Shown piece after piece: positions 20,041 through 29,513 of a stretch of 64,000 nucleotides of DNA. Positions within the stretch are counted from its first letter, which is position 1; each line of letters opens with the position of its first letter. Under the pieces are notes generated by a model that searched no databases, was not told where the DNA came from, and worked only from the letters and a program-made list of their open reading frames with translations. The stretch comes from Nitrosopumilus sp. (GTDB lineage Archaea; Thermoproteota; Nitrososphaeria; Nitrososphaerales; Nitrosopumilaceae). The DNA is taken from positions 23,014 through 87,013 of the forward strand of contig JAPFBP010000002.1 of NCBI GenBank assembly GCA_029250275.1, written 5' to 3'. The position numbers and the translations under genes are program-made.

Positions 20041-20368
20041 TCATCTCCATAATTTCAGACATTAAGGCTTTTGCAGAATTTGATTCTAAGGGTTTTTGAA
20101 TAAAAGTAGAAACCAAAGCAATTCCCCTCATACGAGTACTAATTCGTTCAGCAATAAGTTTTAGAAAAAGAGATTCTGATCTAGATGGAATAATAGTAGT
20201 TGTAATCGGGGTAGGTCCAGTAGCTAATGAAACTACCATCGAACCTAATTTGTTAGAACCTTCAGTAACAGAAATAAAATAACCATTTTCAAATTTTTGA
20301 ATTTGTAAAGAAAAATTACGACTCCCCAAATTTACCATTTTATGGAAAAATCCATTTAGAGAGGTCAA
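20027..20368 (-). CDS. Conserved hypothetical protein (possible proteasome-assembly-chaperone-like fold)
   Basis: Co-oriented and overlapping ubiD start; fold guess from composition only. Confidence 0.65.
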   Translation of the reverse strand: MTSLNGFFHKMVNLGSRNFSLQIQKFENGYFISVTEGSNKLGSMVVSLATGPTPITTTIIPSRSESLFLKLIAERISTRMRGIALVSTFIQKPLESNSAKALMSEIMEMIENE

Positions 20369-20385
20369 TGAGCTACGGGCAAATC

Positions 20386-20871
20386 TTATGCTTTTATTGC
20401 TATTGATTCACTTTTCTGAGAAGTTACAACTTCAGGATTCTTCTTGCAATTTTTCTCATGTTTATCTACAAAAACAAAGAGTTTTTCACAATGTGTGCAT
20501 GGAGTTTTTACTTTAGTTGTTATTTTAGATTTAGCAATTTTAGCTTTAGCAATTTTAGCTTTAGCAATTTTAGCTTTAGCAATTTTAGCTTTAGCAATTT
20601 TAGCTTTAGCAGTTACTTCTTGAACTTCTAATTCAATTTCAGTAGCTGCTGCAGCTTCCATAGAATCAGCTTCAACTCTAGCACGTAGTTTTGCTTTGTA
20701 TTTCAAATTACGTGGTTTTGTTCTTAATCTATATCCACAACATGGACACCAAAGTCCTTCCCATTTGATGAATATTTCACAAATTTGGCATCGACGTTGT
20801 CCAGAAGCATATCTTCCAGTGCCAACAGGCTTTTGCGCCTTATATCTAATACAAATTCCTTTACAAGTCAT
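20386..20871 (-). CDS. Cys-rich zinc-finger protein with AKAKI repeats and a second C-terminal CxxC site
   Basis: CKGIC, CQIC, CPCCG; (AKAKI)5; CTHC...H...C. Confidence 0.8.
   Translation of the reverse strand: MTCKGICIRYKAQKPVGTGRYASGQRRCQICEIFIKWEGLWCPCCGYRLRTKPRNLKYKAKLRARVEADSMEAAAATEIELEVQEVTAKAKIAKAKIAKAKIAKAKIAKAKIAKSKITTKVKTPCTHCEKLFVFVDKHEKNCKKNPEVVTSQKSESIAIKA
20531..20610. repeat. 5.3 x perfect 15-nt tandem repeat (ttagcaattttagct)
   Basis: Read directly; encodes AKAKI on the minus strand. Confidence 0.95.
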
Positions 20872-21221
20872 CTTGGTATATAATATAGAATTTATAACTA
20901 TATAAGTATAGATCGATAAAATTCACATAAAATATCAAAATTAATTGTAAATATTTCATTTTTTATCCCGATCAAAATTATTATTTTCAAATAAAAACAT
21001 AAAATCAACAATAAATATGTATAGCTTATTTTAAAACAATATTTTTTGAATTTTTAACATGTAGTAATATAGATGTTTAACAAAAAAATTCATTTTTTTT
21101 TAAAGAAAATGATGAAAATTATAATCTTATCATACTTTCATTGGCATATAAAAAAACTAAGAAAATTTGATTAAATTAGAATTTTTGTAAAAAATAATAA
21201 AAATTACTAATTTGAAACTAT

Positions 21222-21400
21222 CTAAAACTTTGTCATCAGTCTAGACTTTGATGTAATTACAATTACACTGACTATTGTAACTAGTATTATCATTGCAATT
21301 GTACCAAACTCTGGAACAACTTGAACAGTTGTGATTAAACCGGTTGTGGTCCAGATATCTTCTTGTCCTGGAAGTCTAATTCCAATACGTAAATTCTGTA
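21222..21400 (-). pseudogene. Orphan C-terminal fragment of a PEFG-CTERM surface protein
   Basis: Reads LQNLRIGIRLPGQEDIWTTTGLITTVQVVPEFGTIAMIILVTIVSVIVITSKSRLMTKF*; in-frame TGA just upstream and no signal peptide. Confidence 0.8.
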
Positions 21401-21437
21401 AGGGATGATAATTCAGGAAAGGAAATGAAATTCAGGT

Positions 21438-21773
21438 TTATGCTTTCAAAACAGTCGATACTACATGTTTGACTGCTTCATTAAAATTTGTATCAATGTT
21501 TGACTTGATTTTAGATAATTTTACATCACCCTCTTGAGTGATTTTTACTGATTCAGCAGTTGCCTTATCTTTTGAAGCATTGATAATAACTTCAGCTTCT
21601 TTAGTAGCCATTTCACGAGTTTTTTCTAGTAATTTATCAATTTCAGTGATAGCCTTTACAGATAATTGTTTTTTCATATCCCCTGCTTTGCTATTTAGAG
21701 AATCTAAATCATCTTCTAAGATATTTAGAGATGTGATAATTCCTGTGACTTTAGATTCAGCCATACTACTCAT
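21438..21773 (-). CDS. Coiled-coil protein resembling A/V-type ATP synthase peripheral-stalk subunit H/G
   Basis: Charged heptad helix KAITEIDKLLEKTREMATKEAEVIINASKDKA; product is tentative. Confidence 0.55.
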   Translation of the reverse strand: MSSMAESKVTGIITSLNILEDDLDSLNSKAGDMKKQLSVKAITEIDKLLEKTREMATKEAEVIINASKDKATAESVKITQEGDVKLSKIKSNIDTNFNEAVKHVVSTVLKA

Positions 21774-21844
21774 TATGTTTTAAATCTGATAATCCATTAC
21801 TTAAATCATTCATTTGTTAGGCATACTAATGAAATATTCTGAGA

Positions 21845-22186
21845 TTATCCTGTTGTTAAAAGTAAGATAGCTCTGGCAAGATCGCCTTCTGCTTCTTCTA
21901 AAGCACTTTTGGCCTTTTCTTCATCAACACCTGCTTGTTGGCTAACAAGCAAAATATCTTCTTCTGAGAAAATTGGAACCTCCAATTCTCTTTCTTCATA
22001 ACTATCAGCAGTTACTGTGAAAATAGAACTGTCTTTTGCTTTCATTTCAGTAACAGAAGGTTTTGAAATAATAATTTCTTTTTTATCAGTTTTAATTATT
22101 ACTTCTTGAACATTAGATAATTCGTTCATATCCAGACCCATCTTATCCATCATTCTTCGCATTTCGCGGTTTCCTCCTCGCATCAT
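21845..22186 (-). CDS. nac: Nascent polypeptide-associated complex protein (aNAC)
   Basis: MRRMMDKMGL, EVII, C-terminal UBA (EEDILLVSQQAGV...GDLARAIL). Confidence 0.95.
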   Translation of the reverse strand: MMRGGNREMRRMMDKMGLDMNELSNVQEVIIKTDKKEIIISKPSVTEMKAKDSSIFTVTADSYEERELEVPIFSEEDILLVSQQAGVDEEKAKSALEEAEGDLARAILLLTTG

Positions 22187-22656
22187 AATCTTATTTCCTC
22201 ATTACGACTTTTTAAACTATCTCTAACCTTTATGGCCACACCCCTATCAAAATCACAAATCATTTCAGATGATAAAATTGCCCTGCCAATTGCAATTACC
22301 TTATTTTTGAATAATATAGGAGTGTCTGCAGATATTTGGACGTTTTTTCCACATGAGATAACATGTTTGCAAAAGACTGATCTACCTTGCTCCACATAGG
22401 GGGCAGCATCAGAATTTATTTCTACACAATTTTCTTTAAATTTTTTATTTTTCAATAATATTTGAGCAAAATATATACTAATAGATAGACTTCCGTCAAT
22501 TCTCAAAGTAAATAGAAATTTTCCTTTATGAGAAACTGTTCGTATTCTACCAGTTTTCCGAGAAAAAGTCATTTCAATATCTTTTGGTAATAATTTAGAT
22601 GTACCATTTCCAAATAATGCATCAAGAGAATGTTGAAGTTTAATGATATGATTCAA
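22183..22656 (-). CDS. PUA domain-containing protein
   Basis: SRKTGRIRTV, GRSVFCKHV, AIGRAILS..RGVAIKVR. Confidence 0.88.
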   Translation of the reverse strand: MNHIIKLQHSLDALFGNGTSKLLPKDIEMTFSRKTGRIRTVSHKGKFLFTLRIDGSLSISIYFAQILLKNKKFKENCVEINSDAAPYVEQGRSVFCKHVISCGKNVQISADTPILFKNKVIAIGRAILSSEMICDFDRGVAIKVRDSLKSRNEEIRL

Positions 22657-22748
22657 TACTCGTTATAGAATTTTTTCTAAATATTAGTTCAGTGCTAGTC
22701 TATATTATAAGGATCAAACTATATAGAATAGAATTTTTCCTTTAGATT

Positions 22749-23795
22749 ATGGAAGATAGGGGGGAGACTAGAAAAATCCAATTTACTGGAAAATCATCAT
22801 ACATAGTTTCATTACCAAAACAATGGATTACAGAATTAGGTCTCAAACAAGGAGACCAAATTAGAATGGTTCGAAAAGGTTCATCAACATTAGAGCTTTA
22901 TCCACCAAAATTTGAATCTCGAATTCAGAAAAAAGAAGATGCAACCATAGAAATTGAAGGAGATGAAGAAGCATCATCGATTGTTAGAAAATTAATTTCG
23001 TTGTATTTTTTAGGATACAAGATAATTAATGTAAAACCAAAAAATGGTAGATTAAGCGTTTCTCAAAGAAACTCAGTGAAAGAAGCAGTAAAACGAATGC
23101 TAATGGGTTCTGAAATAATTGCCGATTCTATTGGTGGTATAACAGTACAAGTTCTTGTCAATCTATTAGAATTATCAGTAGATGGTGCTTTCAAGCGAAT
23201 GCTTCACTTGGCAAAATCAATGTCGAGTGATGCAATTTTAGCTGTAAAAGAAAATAATTTAGAATTGGCCCAAGAGGTTATCAATACAGATGATGAAGTA
23301 GATAGATTTGGATTTTATATAATTCGACAATTAAAGATTGCAATTCAGAATGAACATATGCTAAAAGAGATGGGTTTCAGAAATGCTAGAAATTGTCTAG
23401 GATATAGACTAATTGTGAAAAATATAGAGAGGACAGGAGATCATGCTGCATTCATTGCTAAAGATCTAATTGAATTTAAAAAACCTATAAAAAAAGATAT
23501 TTTACAAAAATTTGAGGAAATGAATGAGTTTTGCCTGTCTGTTTTAGATGACGCATGTCTTGCATTATTCAAAGAAGATTATTATCAGGCTGAAAAGACC
23601 ATTGTTAAAATTAATCAAATTACTAAATTTGAGAAAAAAGTAAGAGACGCTTCAAAATCGTTAAAAGACGATGAGGAAATTTACAGGGTACGAAGAATGA
23701 CTGAAAACATTAGAAGAGTTTCTGAATATGCTAGTGATATAGCTGAAATAGTTTTGAATATGAATATAGAAAAAACACTGAAAAAATATGATTAA
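22749..23795 (+). CDS. phoU: AbrB-PhoU phosphate uptake regulator
   Basis: RKIQFTGKSSYIVSLPKQW (AbrB) plus two PhoU repeats (DDEVDR, ERTGDHA). Confidence 0.92.
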   Translation: MEDRGETRKIQFTGKSSYIVSLPKQWITELGLKQGDQIRMVRKGSSTLELYPPKFESRIQKKEDATIEIEGDEEASSIVRKLISLYFLGYKIINVKPKNGRLSVSQRNSVKEAVKRMLMGSEIIADSIGGITVQVLVNLLELSVDGAFKRMLHLAKSMSSDAILAVKENNLELAQEVINTDDEVDRFGFYIIRQLKIAIQNEHMLKEMGFRNARNCLGYRLIVKNIERTGDHAAFIAKDLIEFKKPIKKDILQKFEEMNEFCLSVLDDACLALFKEDYYQAEKTIVKINQITKFEKKVRDASKSLKDDEEIYRVRRMTENIRRVSEYASDIAEIVLNMNIEKTLKKYD

Positions 23796-23849
23796 TTCAA
23801 AATATATCCAATACAATTATCTTAGATTGAATTAAAAAAAGGAATTAGA

Positions 23850-24971
23850 ATGAATTCTGCAATTTTAATTACATATGATCAAGAAGATGCAATAAATGAG
23901 GCAAAAGGGTTGTGTGATGCAGCAGGATACGAGGTAGTCCATGTAATAACACAGAATTATCTTCAGAAACCAAAGTATGGCATTAGTGGTGGAGTACTAG
24001 AACAATTACAAGAAATAGCAGATAGGGTAAGACCAGATGTCATAGTATTTGATGAGATTCTAAAACCAAGTCAAAACTATAATCTTGCTACAGAATTACA
24101 TAGAGAGGTATTAGATAGAGAAGCATTGATTCTTGAGATTTTTGAAAGTAGAGCTTCAAGTGCAGAATCAAAATTACAAGTAAAATTAGCACAGTTGAGA
24201 TATGAAATGTCAAGAGCTAAAGAGAAAGTTAGACTTGCAAACATGGGTGAACAGCCCGGATTTATGGGAATAGGAAAATTCGAAGTTGATGTGTATTACA
24301 ATGACATCAAACATAGAATGCAAACAATAAGATCAAAACTCGAAAAAGCTGGAAAACAAAGAGAGCTTCATAGAAAGGGAAGAAAGAGAATTGGATTTAA
24401 GACAATATCACTTGCAGGTTACACTTCTTCAGGAAAAACCACATTGTTTAACAAAACTACAGGTGAAACAAAAGAGCAAAGTAAAAAACTTTTCACAACT
24501 CTTACTACAACTACACGAAGAGTGATGATAGATCAAGAACCATTTTTAATTGCAGATACAGTTGGTTTTATCAGTAAACTTCCAGCTTACATGATTGATG
24601 CATTCAAATCAACACTAGAAGAATTGGTACATACTGATGTAATTATTCTGGTAATCGATATTAATGATTCAATTTCTGAATTGAAAAAGAAATTTTCTAG
24701 TTGTATGAGAACTTTAAATGAATTAGGAGTAGAACAAGACAAGATAATTTATGCTCTAAACAAATCAGATTTATTAAAAAATGAAGAAATTAAACGAAAA
24801 GTTGAATATCTTAATTTAACTGAAAATAAAAAATTAATTTCAGTTTCTGCAAAAACTGGAGAAAATATTGCACAATTAAAAGAATTAATCAAAGAAATTA
24901 TAGAAAGTAAAAATTTTCATAAATCAAAAAACAATTCGTGGAAAGGAGTCGATAAAATATTTGGTAATTGA
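23850..24971 (+). CDS. hflX: GTPase HflX
   Basis: [45 protein letters not shown]. Confidence 0.95.
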   Translation: MNSAILITYDQEDAINEAKGLCDAAGYEVVHVITQNYLQKPKYGISGGVLEQLQEIADRVRPDVIVFDEILKPSQNYNLATELHREVLDREALILEIFESRASSAESKLQVKLAQLRYEMSRAKEKVRLANMGEQPGFMGIGKFEVDVYYNDIKHRMQTIRSKLEKAGKQRELHRKGRKRIGFKTISLAGYTSSGKTTLFNKTTGETKEQSKKLFTTLTTTTRRVMIDQEPFLIADTVGFISKLPAYMIDAFKSTLEELVHTDVIILVIDINDSISELKKKFSSCMRTLNELGVEQDKIIYALNKSDLLKNEEIKRKVEYLNLTENKKLISVSAKTGENIAQLKELIKEIIESKNFHKSKNNSWKGVDKIFGN

Positions 24972-25494
24972 AGTAATTAGAATTGGACAACGTCTAGTTA
25001 GAGATGACCGGGTAACAACACATGTTGCACTTGTTTCAAGAGGATTTGGTGCAGAGCGAATTTACATGACTGAGGTAAATCCAGAAATCAAAGATACTGT
25101 TGAAAAGATCAATAATACTTGGGGTGGTAATTTTGAGGTTGTATTTATTGAAAAATGGAAAACAATTGTGAAAAAGAAAAAAGATGAAGGATTCAAAATT
25201 GTTCATCTTTCAATGTATGGTGAAAGTATCAATGACGTTCAAGAAAAAATTAGAGGAGAAGAAAATCTGTTGGTTGTTGTAGGAGCTGAAAAAGTTCCAA
25301 GAGAAATTTATGAATTAGCAGATTATAATGTTGGAGTTGGTAGTCAACCTCATTCAGAAATTAGTGCTTTAGCAATTCTTTTAGATCGTATCCAAAAAGG
25401 CAAACAATTTGAAAAAGAGTTTTCCAATGCAAAAAGAAAAATCATTCCTACCAAAAATGGTAAAAATGTGCAAGTAAAAGAAAGAAGGGATTAA
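24961..25494 (+). CDS. trm56: tRNA (cytidine(56)-2'-O)-methyltransferase
   Basis: [41 protein letters not shown]. Confidence 0.95.
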   Translation: MVIEVIRIGQRLVRDDRVTTHVALVSRGFGAERIYMTEVNPEIKDTVEKINNTWGGNFEVVFIEKWKTIVKKKKDEGFKIVHLSMYGESINDVQEKIRGEENLLVVVGAEKVPREIYELADYNVGVGSQPHSEISALAILLDRIQKGKQFEKEFSNAKRKIIPTKNGKNVQVKERRD

Positions 25495-25520
25495 TAGTAG
25501 AAAATCAGGAGTCATTAGAG

Positions 25521-26036
25521 TTGGTAGACAAATACGAAGATCCTTTTGTTAGAATTGCTTCAATGATTGGAGGAGATGAATACCTCAAAGTAGCAAGATC
25601 TCTTCTAAAAGCCGAAGATGCTACTGATGAAGAAATTGCTAGTTCCACAGGTCTCAGAATTAATATGGTAAGAAAAGTATTGTATGATCTATTTGGAAAA
25701 TCTCTCATTACAGGAATTAGAGTTAAAGACGAAAGAAAAGGATGGTTTGTCTATAGATGGAGAACTAGAAGAGAAGAAGTAGAACATTTTATTGAAAGTC
25801 AAAAGAAGAAAATTGATGAAAGATTACAACAGAGATTAGATTATGAAAATGCTGGAGATTTCTATCACTGTGGAAACGAAGATTGTCCTAGAGTAACATT
25901 TGAAGCATCTCTTGATGGAATGTTCAAATGCCCATCATGTCAAAATGTTTTGAATCTAAAAAAGAATGATAAATCTAAAAAAGCATATCAAAAGAAAATT
26001 GATGAGATCAAACAAGATATGCAACAGACATTTTGA
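25521..26036 (+). CDS. tfe: Transcription factor E (TFE)
   Basis: ATDEEIA...VRKVLYDL wHTH, GWFVYRW, C-terminal zinc ribbon CGNEDC..CPSC. Confidence 0.95.
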   Translation: MVDKYEDPFVRIASMIGGDEYLKVARSLLKAEDATDEEIASSTGLRINMVRKVLYDLFGKSLITGIRVKDERKGWFVYRWRTRREEVEHFIESQKKKIDERLQQRLDYENAGDFYHCGNEDCPRVTFEASLDGMFKCPSCQNVLNLKKNDKSKKAYQKKIDEIKQDMQQTF

Positions 26037-26098
26037 TTAGACCAAAATTTTAAAAACTAGGTTACTAGAATAAATAGGAGAAAATCGTCAGAAGATCC

Positions 26099-27490
26099 TT
26101 GAGTCAAATCACTACGGTAAATCCAGCTACAGGTGAAGATATTGCAAATTATTCTCCAATGGATAAAAATCAAGTGTTTGATTTAGTAGGAAAAGCAAAG
26201 AGAGCATATCCTGAATGGAAAAAAGATTATGAAAAACGCAGAAGTTACATTTACAATTTAGTTGAATATCTAAAGAAGAATAAAACAGAACTTGCAAAAG
26301 TAGCTACAACTGAAATGGGTAAACCACTCAAAGAATCAATTGGGGAGGTTGAAAAATGTGCATGGGCTTTAGAATTTTATGCAGATCATGGTGATAGTTT
26401 TCTTGCTGATGAAGTATTAAACACAGATGCAAGAAAGAGTTTTCTAACTTTTGAACCACTTGGTGTTATAGGCTCAATTATGCCATGGAATTTTCCATAT
26501 TGGCAAGCATTAAGATTTGCAGCTCCTTGTCTAATGGCAGGAAATGTGATTGTTATGAAACCATCTAGAATAACAATGCAATCAGGTATTGAAATTGAAA
26601 AAGCTTTTAGCGAATCTGGAATTCCTGATGGAATTTTTCAAACTGTAGTTGGAAGTGTAGAATCTGCAAATCACCTTATAGATTCAGATGTTAATGCTGT
26701 TACTTTTACTGGTAGCACTAATGCAGGTGCAAAAGTAGGTGAAAGAGCTGCAAGACATTTAAAAAAATGTGTTTTAGAATTAGGTGGAAGTGATCCTTTC
26801 ATAGTATTAGATGATGCAATTATTGAAAAAGCAGCAGAAGGTGCTGTCAAAGGCAGGTTCATCAATTGTGGACAAAGTTGTGTTGCATCAAAAAGGTTTT
26901 TTGTTGGAAAAAATATTGCAAATGAATTTATTGAGTTATTTATTAAAAAAGCATCTCAGCTCAAAATAGGTGACCCAATGTCAATTGAAACGGATATTGG
27001 ACCATTATCAAGTAAAGATGGTTTAGAAACAATTTCTGGAATAGTTGAAGATGCAAAAGAAAAAGGTGCTGAAATTCTTCTTGGGGGTTCTAAAATAGAG
27101 GGAAAAGGATTTTTCTATAAACCAACAATTCTGAAAAATATTAAACCAAATATGAGAATAGCACAAGAAGAAACTTTTGGACCAGTAGCTCCAATTACAA
27201 TTGTTGAAAATGAAAGTGAGGCAGTAAAATTAGCTAATGATAGTGAATTTGGTCTAGGTGCAAGCATTTGGACAAAAGATCTTGCTAAAGCAGATAAAAT
27301 GTCTAGACAAATTGAATCAGGAATAGTAAGTGTCAATAATGTAGTAATTTCAGACCCACGAATTCCATTTGGAGGAATAAAACATAGCGGATTTGGAAGA
27401 GAATTATCAAGATATGGTATGTTAGAATTTGTAAATTTGAAATCAGTTAGATTTTATGATAATTTAACACATCATCATTACGTAGAATAG
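26099..27490 (+). CDS. NAD(P)-dependent succinate-semialdehyde-dehydrogenase-type aldehyde dehydrogenase
   Basis: MPWNFP, FTGS, LELGGSDP, NCGQSC, EETFGP, PFGGIKHSGFGRE. Confidence 0.93.
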   Translation: MSQITTVNPATGEDIANYSPMDKNQVFDLVGKAKRAYPEWKKDYEKRRSYIYNLVEYLKKNKTELAKVATTEMGKPLKESIGEVEKCAWALEFYADHGDSFLADEVLNTDARKSFLTFEPLGVIGSIMPWNFPYWQALRFAAPCLMAGNVIVMKPSRITMQSGIEIEKAFSESGIPDGIFQTVVGSVESANHLIDSDVNAVTFTGSTNAGAKVGERAARHLKKCVLELGGSDPFIVLDDAIIEKAAEGAVKGRFINCGQSCVASKRFFVGKNIANEFIELFIKKASQLKIGDPMSIETDIGPLSSKDGLETISGIVEDAKEKGAEILLGGSKIEGKGFFYKPTILKNIKPNMRIAQEETFGPVAPITIVENESEAVKLANDSEFGLGASIWTKDLAKADKMSRQIESGIVSVNNVVISDPRIPFGGIKHSGFGRELSRYGMLEFVNLKSVRFYDNLTHHHYVE

Positions 27491-27512
27491 ATTGTTTTTG
27501 AATTTTGAAATA

Positions 27513-27887
27513 TTAGTCCTTTAAATCAGAATCTTCCTCTAAATTATCATCTTCTTCCTCTAAATTATCATCTTCTTCCTCTAAATTATCATCTTCTTCC
27601 TCTAAAGCAGAATCTTCTTCATCTAAATCATCATCATCTTCATTACATTCCTCTAATTGAACATGTGTTGGATGTCCATCATCTCCAAAGAAAATCTCAA
27701 TGCAAATATCGGTAGCTAAAGTAGGTACTAAAATTTCAACAAGTTCTTTAGGAAAATTTCCTAATCTACTAGGATCTGATGAATATCTGTAAGTAGTGAT
27801 TTCATCTTCATGATAAAAATCAAATTCAATATCCCCGTGTGTAAATTTTCTCACTGCAGTTACTTGGCCAAATATACTGTGTAGCAA
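27513..27887 (-). CDS. Hypothetical protein with acidic repeat tail
   Basis: Globular N-terminus plus (EEEDDNL)n tail. Confidence 0.75.
   Translation of the reverse strand: MLHSIFGQVTAVRKFTHGDIEFDFYHEDEITTYRYSSDPSRLGNFPKELVEILVPTLATDICIEIFFGDDGHPTHVQLEECNEDDDDLDEEDSALEEEDDNLEEEDDNLEEEDDNLEEDSDLKD
27532..27636. repeat. 21-nt tandem repeat (tcttcctctaaattatcatct): 3 perfect and 2 degenerate copies
   Basis: Read directly. Confidence 0.9.
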
Positions 27888-27889
27888 AT

Positions 27890-28447
27890 CTAACTACCTT
27901 GCTGAGAAACATCTTTTGTAAGATTTTCTGCTAGTTGTTCATAGTGTTCTCTAGTTTTTCCTATCTCATCAAGTTTTGATTTTTCAATTTCATTGAGTTC
28001 TTTGTCAATCTTTTCTGAAACATATTGTAATCTTGCTTCTGCCATCATGAATAATTTATTATTCTCTTTCCACAAATGCTCAGTGATATGTTCAACATAT
28101 TGTTGCATGTCACTCACTAATTTTATAGAATCACCTGATGAGAGATATTCTTTTGTTGACACTTCCATTTCTGCACCGATTTCTCGTGAACGTTGATGAT
28201 CAATTAACATCATAGCAATGGGCCCCATATTGGTAGGTAAACCAGCTTGCTCTAAAGCTGGAAACAGTGACTTTTCTTCTTTACTGTGATGACAAACATC
28301 TGTAAAGTTTTTTGAAAAATCAATTACTGGTAATAATATTGATTCAGGAATCTGTTTACCATCATTTAGTAATTGAATAGTAGATTCCATTGCTTTGATA
28401 ACTTTTTCTATTAACTCGTGATCGCGTCTTAATGATGTAGTAGACAT
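27890..28447 (-). CDS. Hemerythrin domain-containing protein
   Basis: DHELI, HHSKEE..LFP, DHQRSR, HLWKENNKLF. Confidence 0.9.
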   Translation of the reverse strand: MSTTSLRRDHELIEKVIKAMESTIQLLNDGKQIPESILLPVIDFSKNFTDVCHHSKEEKSLFPALEQAGLPTNMGPIAMMLIDHQRSREIGAEMEVSTKEYLSSGDSIKLVSDMQQYVEHITEHLWKENNKLFMMAEARLQYVSEKIDKELNEIEKSKLDEIGKTREHYEQLAENLTKDVSQQGS

Positions 28448-28544
28448 AATTAATTAAAATAAAATCCAATATCTATATCTTGGTGATTTTAAAAAATAAT
28501 TAAAAGATAGAAATTAGTTAACGATGATTTGTTAACATGTGGGT

Positions 28545-28820
28545 TTAACGATTAGAAAGACTATTTGATTTTACAAATATCCAAATCTTTTTGGTCATTT
28601 CACTTGGTGCAATTGGTTTCTTACCAAAGACTTGTTCTACAGTTTCAGAACGTCCTGCAAAACTGATTGCATATCCACCAAATGCTGGTTTTTTACCTTT
28701 TGATTTAGTTACTTTCTTTTTTGGAGCTACTTTTCTTTTTGGAGCTACTTTTCTTTTTGGAGCTACTTTTCTTTTTGGAGCTACTTTTCTTTTTGTGGTA
28801 ATTTTCTTTTTTATTGCCAT
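28545..28820 (-). CDS. Small basic protein: histone-H1-like (KRKVAP)n tail plus short SWIB/MDM2-like domain
   Basis: VFGKKPIAPSEMTKKIWIFVKSNSL resembles the SWIB consensus; very Lys-rich. Confidence 0.75.
   Translation of the reverse strand: MAIKKKITTKRKVAPKRKVAPKRKVAPKRKVAPKKKVTKSKGKKPAFGGYAISFAGRSETVEQVFGKKPIAPSEMTKKIWIFVKSNSLSNR
28718..28789. repeat. 4 x perfect 18-nt tandem repeat (tttttggagctacttttc)
   Basis: Read directly; encodes KRKVAP on the minus strand. Confidence 0.95.
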
Positions 28821-28856
28821 TTTCTTGTAATTTTATTTTAAAGATCGTATAATAAC

Positions 28857-29513
28857 TTACACTTTTTGATAATTCAAAACAAGATGATTTTTGAGCCTCT
28901 TGACAGATTTAAGTTGAAGATTGGAAGATTTAGAAATATTATCAAATCCACTACCTTGAACAAATGATATTGAATTATTTCCTCCAATTATGAATGGAGA
29001 GAGAGTAATAATCAATTCATCAAAAAGATTTTGTTTAATAAATTCCCAATTTACTGTTCCACCACCTTCAACTAATATTGTTCTGATTTTTTTCTCTGAA
29101 AGTTTTTTTAATAAAGATTTGATGTTTACAAACTTTTCTCCAGTAATAATAACTTCAACTGGAAATTTATTTAATTTTTGAAGATTAGATTTTGTAATTT
29201 TTTTTGATACAGCTATTATGGTTGGAACTTTATTAGATGTTTGTAAAATTTTTGATTTTGTAGAGATATCACCTTTAGAATCTAATATTATTCTAATAGG
29301 ATTTTTTCCTTTAGTATAACGTACAGTTAACAAAGGATCATCACGCATTAGAGTGTTTTTTCCAATAATTATTGCATCTACTTTCGTTCTTAGTTTATGT
29401 AATCTACGCAAATCTTCATGGGAAGAGAGTTTTGAATTTCCTGTTCTAGTAGAAATTTTACCATCAATAGATATCGCTGCACTTAGAATAACATGTGGCT
29501 TATATTTTTCCAT
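28857..29513 (-). CDS. arfC: 2,5-diamino-6-(ribosylamino)-4(3H)-pyrimidinone 5'-phosphate reductase (ArfC/Rib7 type)
   Basis: AAISIDGKI, LR..VDAIIIG.NT...DDP.L, LVEGGG; stand-alone reductase domain. Confidence 0.92.
   Translation of the reverse strand: MEKYKPHVILSAAISIDGKISTRTGNSKLSSHEDLRRLHKLRTKVDAIIIGKNTLMRDDPLLTVRYTKGKNPIRIILDSKGDISTKSKILQTSNKVPTIIAVSKKITKSNLQKLNKFPVEVIITGEKFVNIKSLLKKLSEKKIRTILVEGGGTVNWEFIKQNLFDELIITLSPFIIGGNNSISFVQGSGFDNISKSSNLQLKSVKRLKNHLVLNYQKV

Noticed and set aside
20531-28789. CRISPR arrays at the 15-, 18- and 21-nt repeats
   Set aside because: Head-to-tail repeats without spacers, in frame inside CDSs, and no cas genes.
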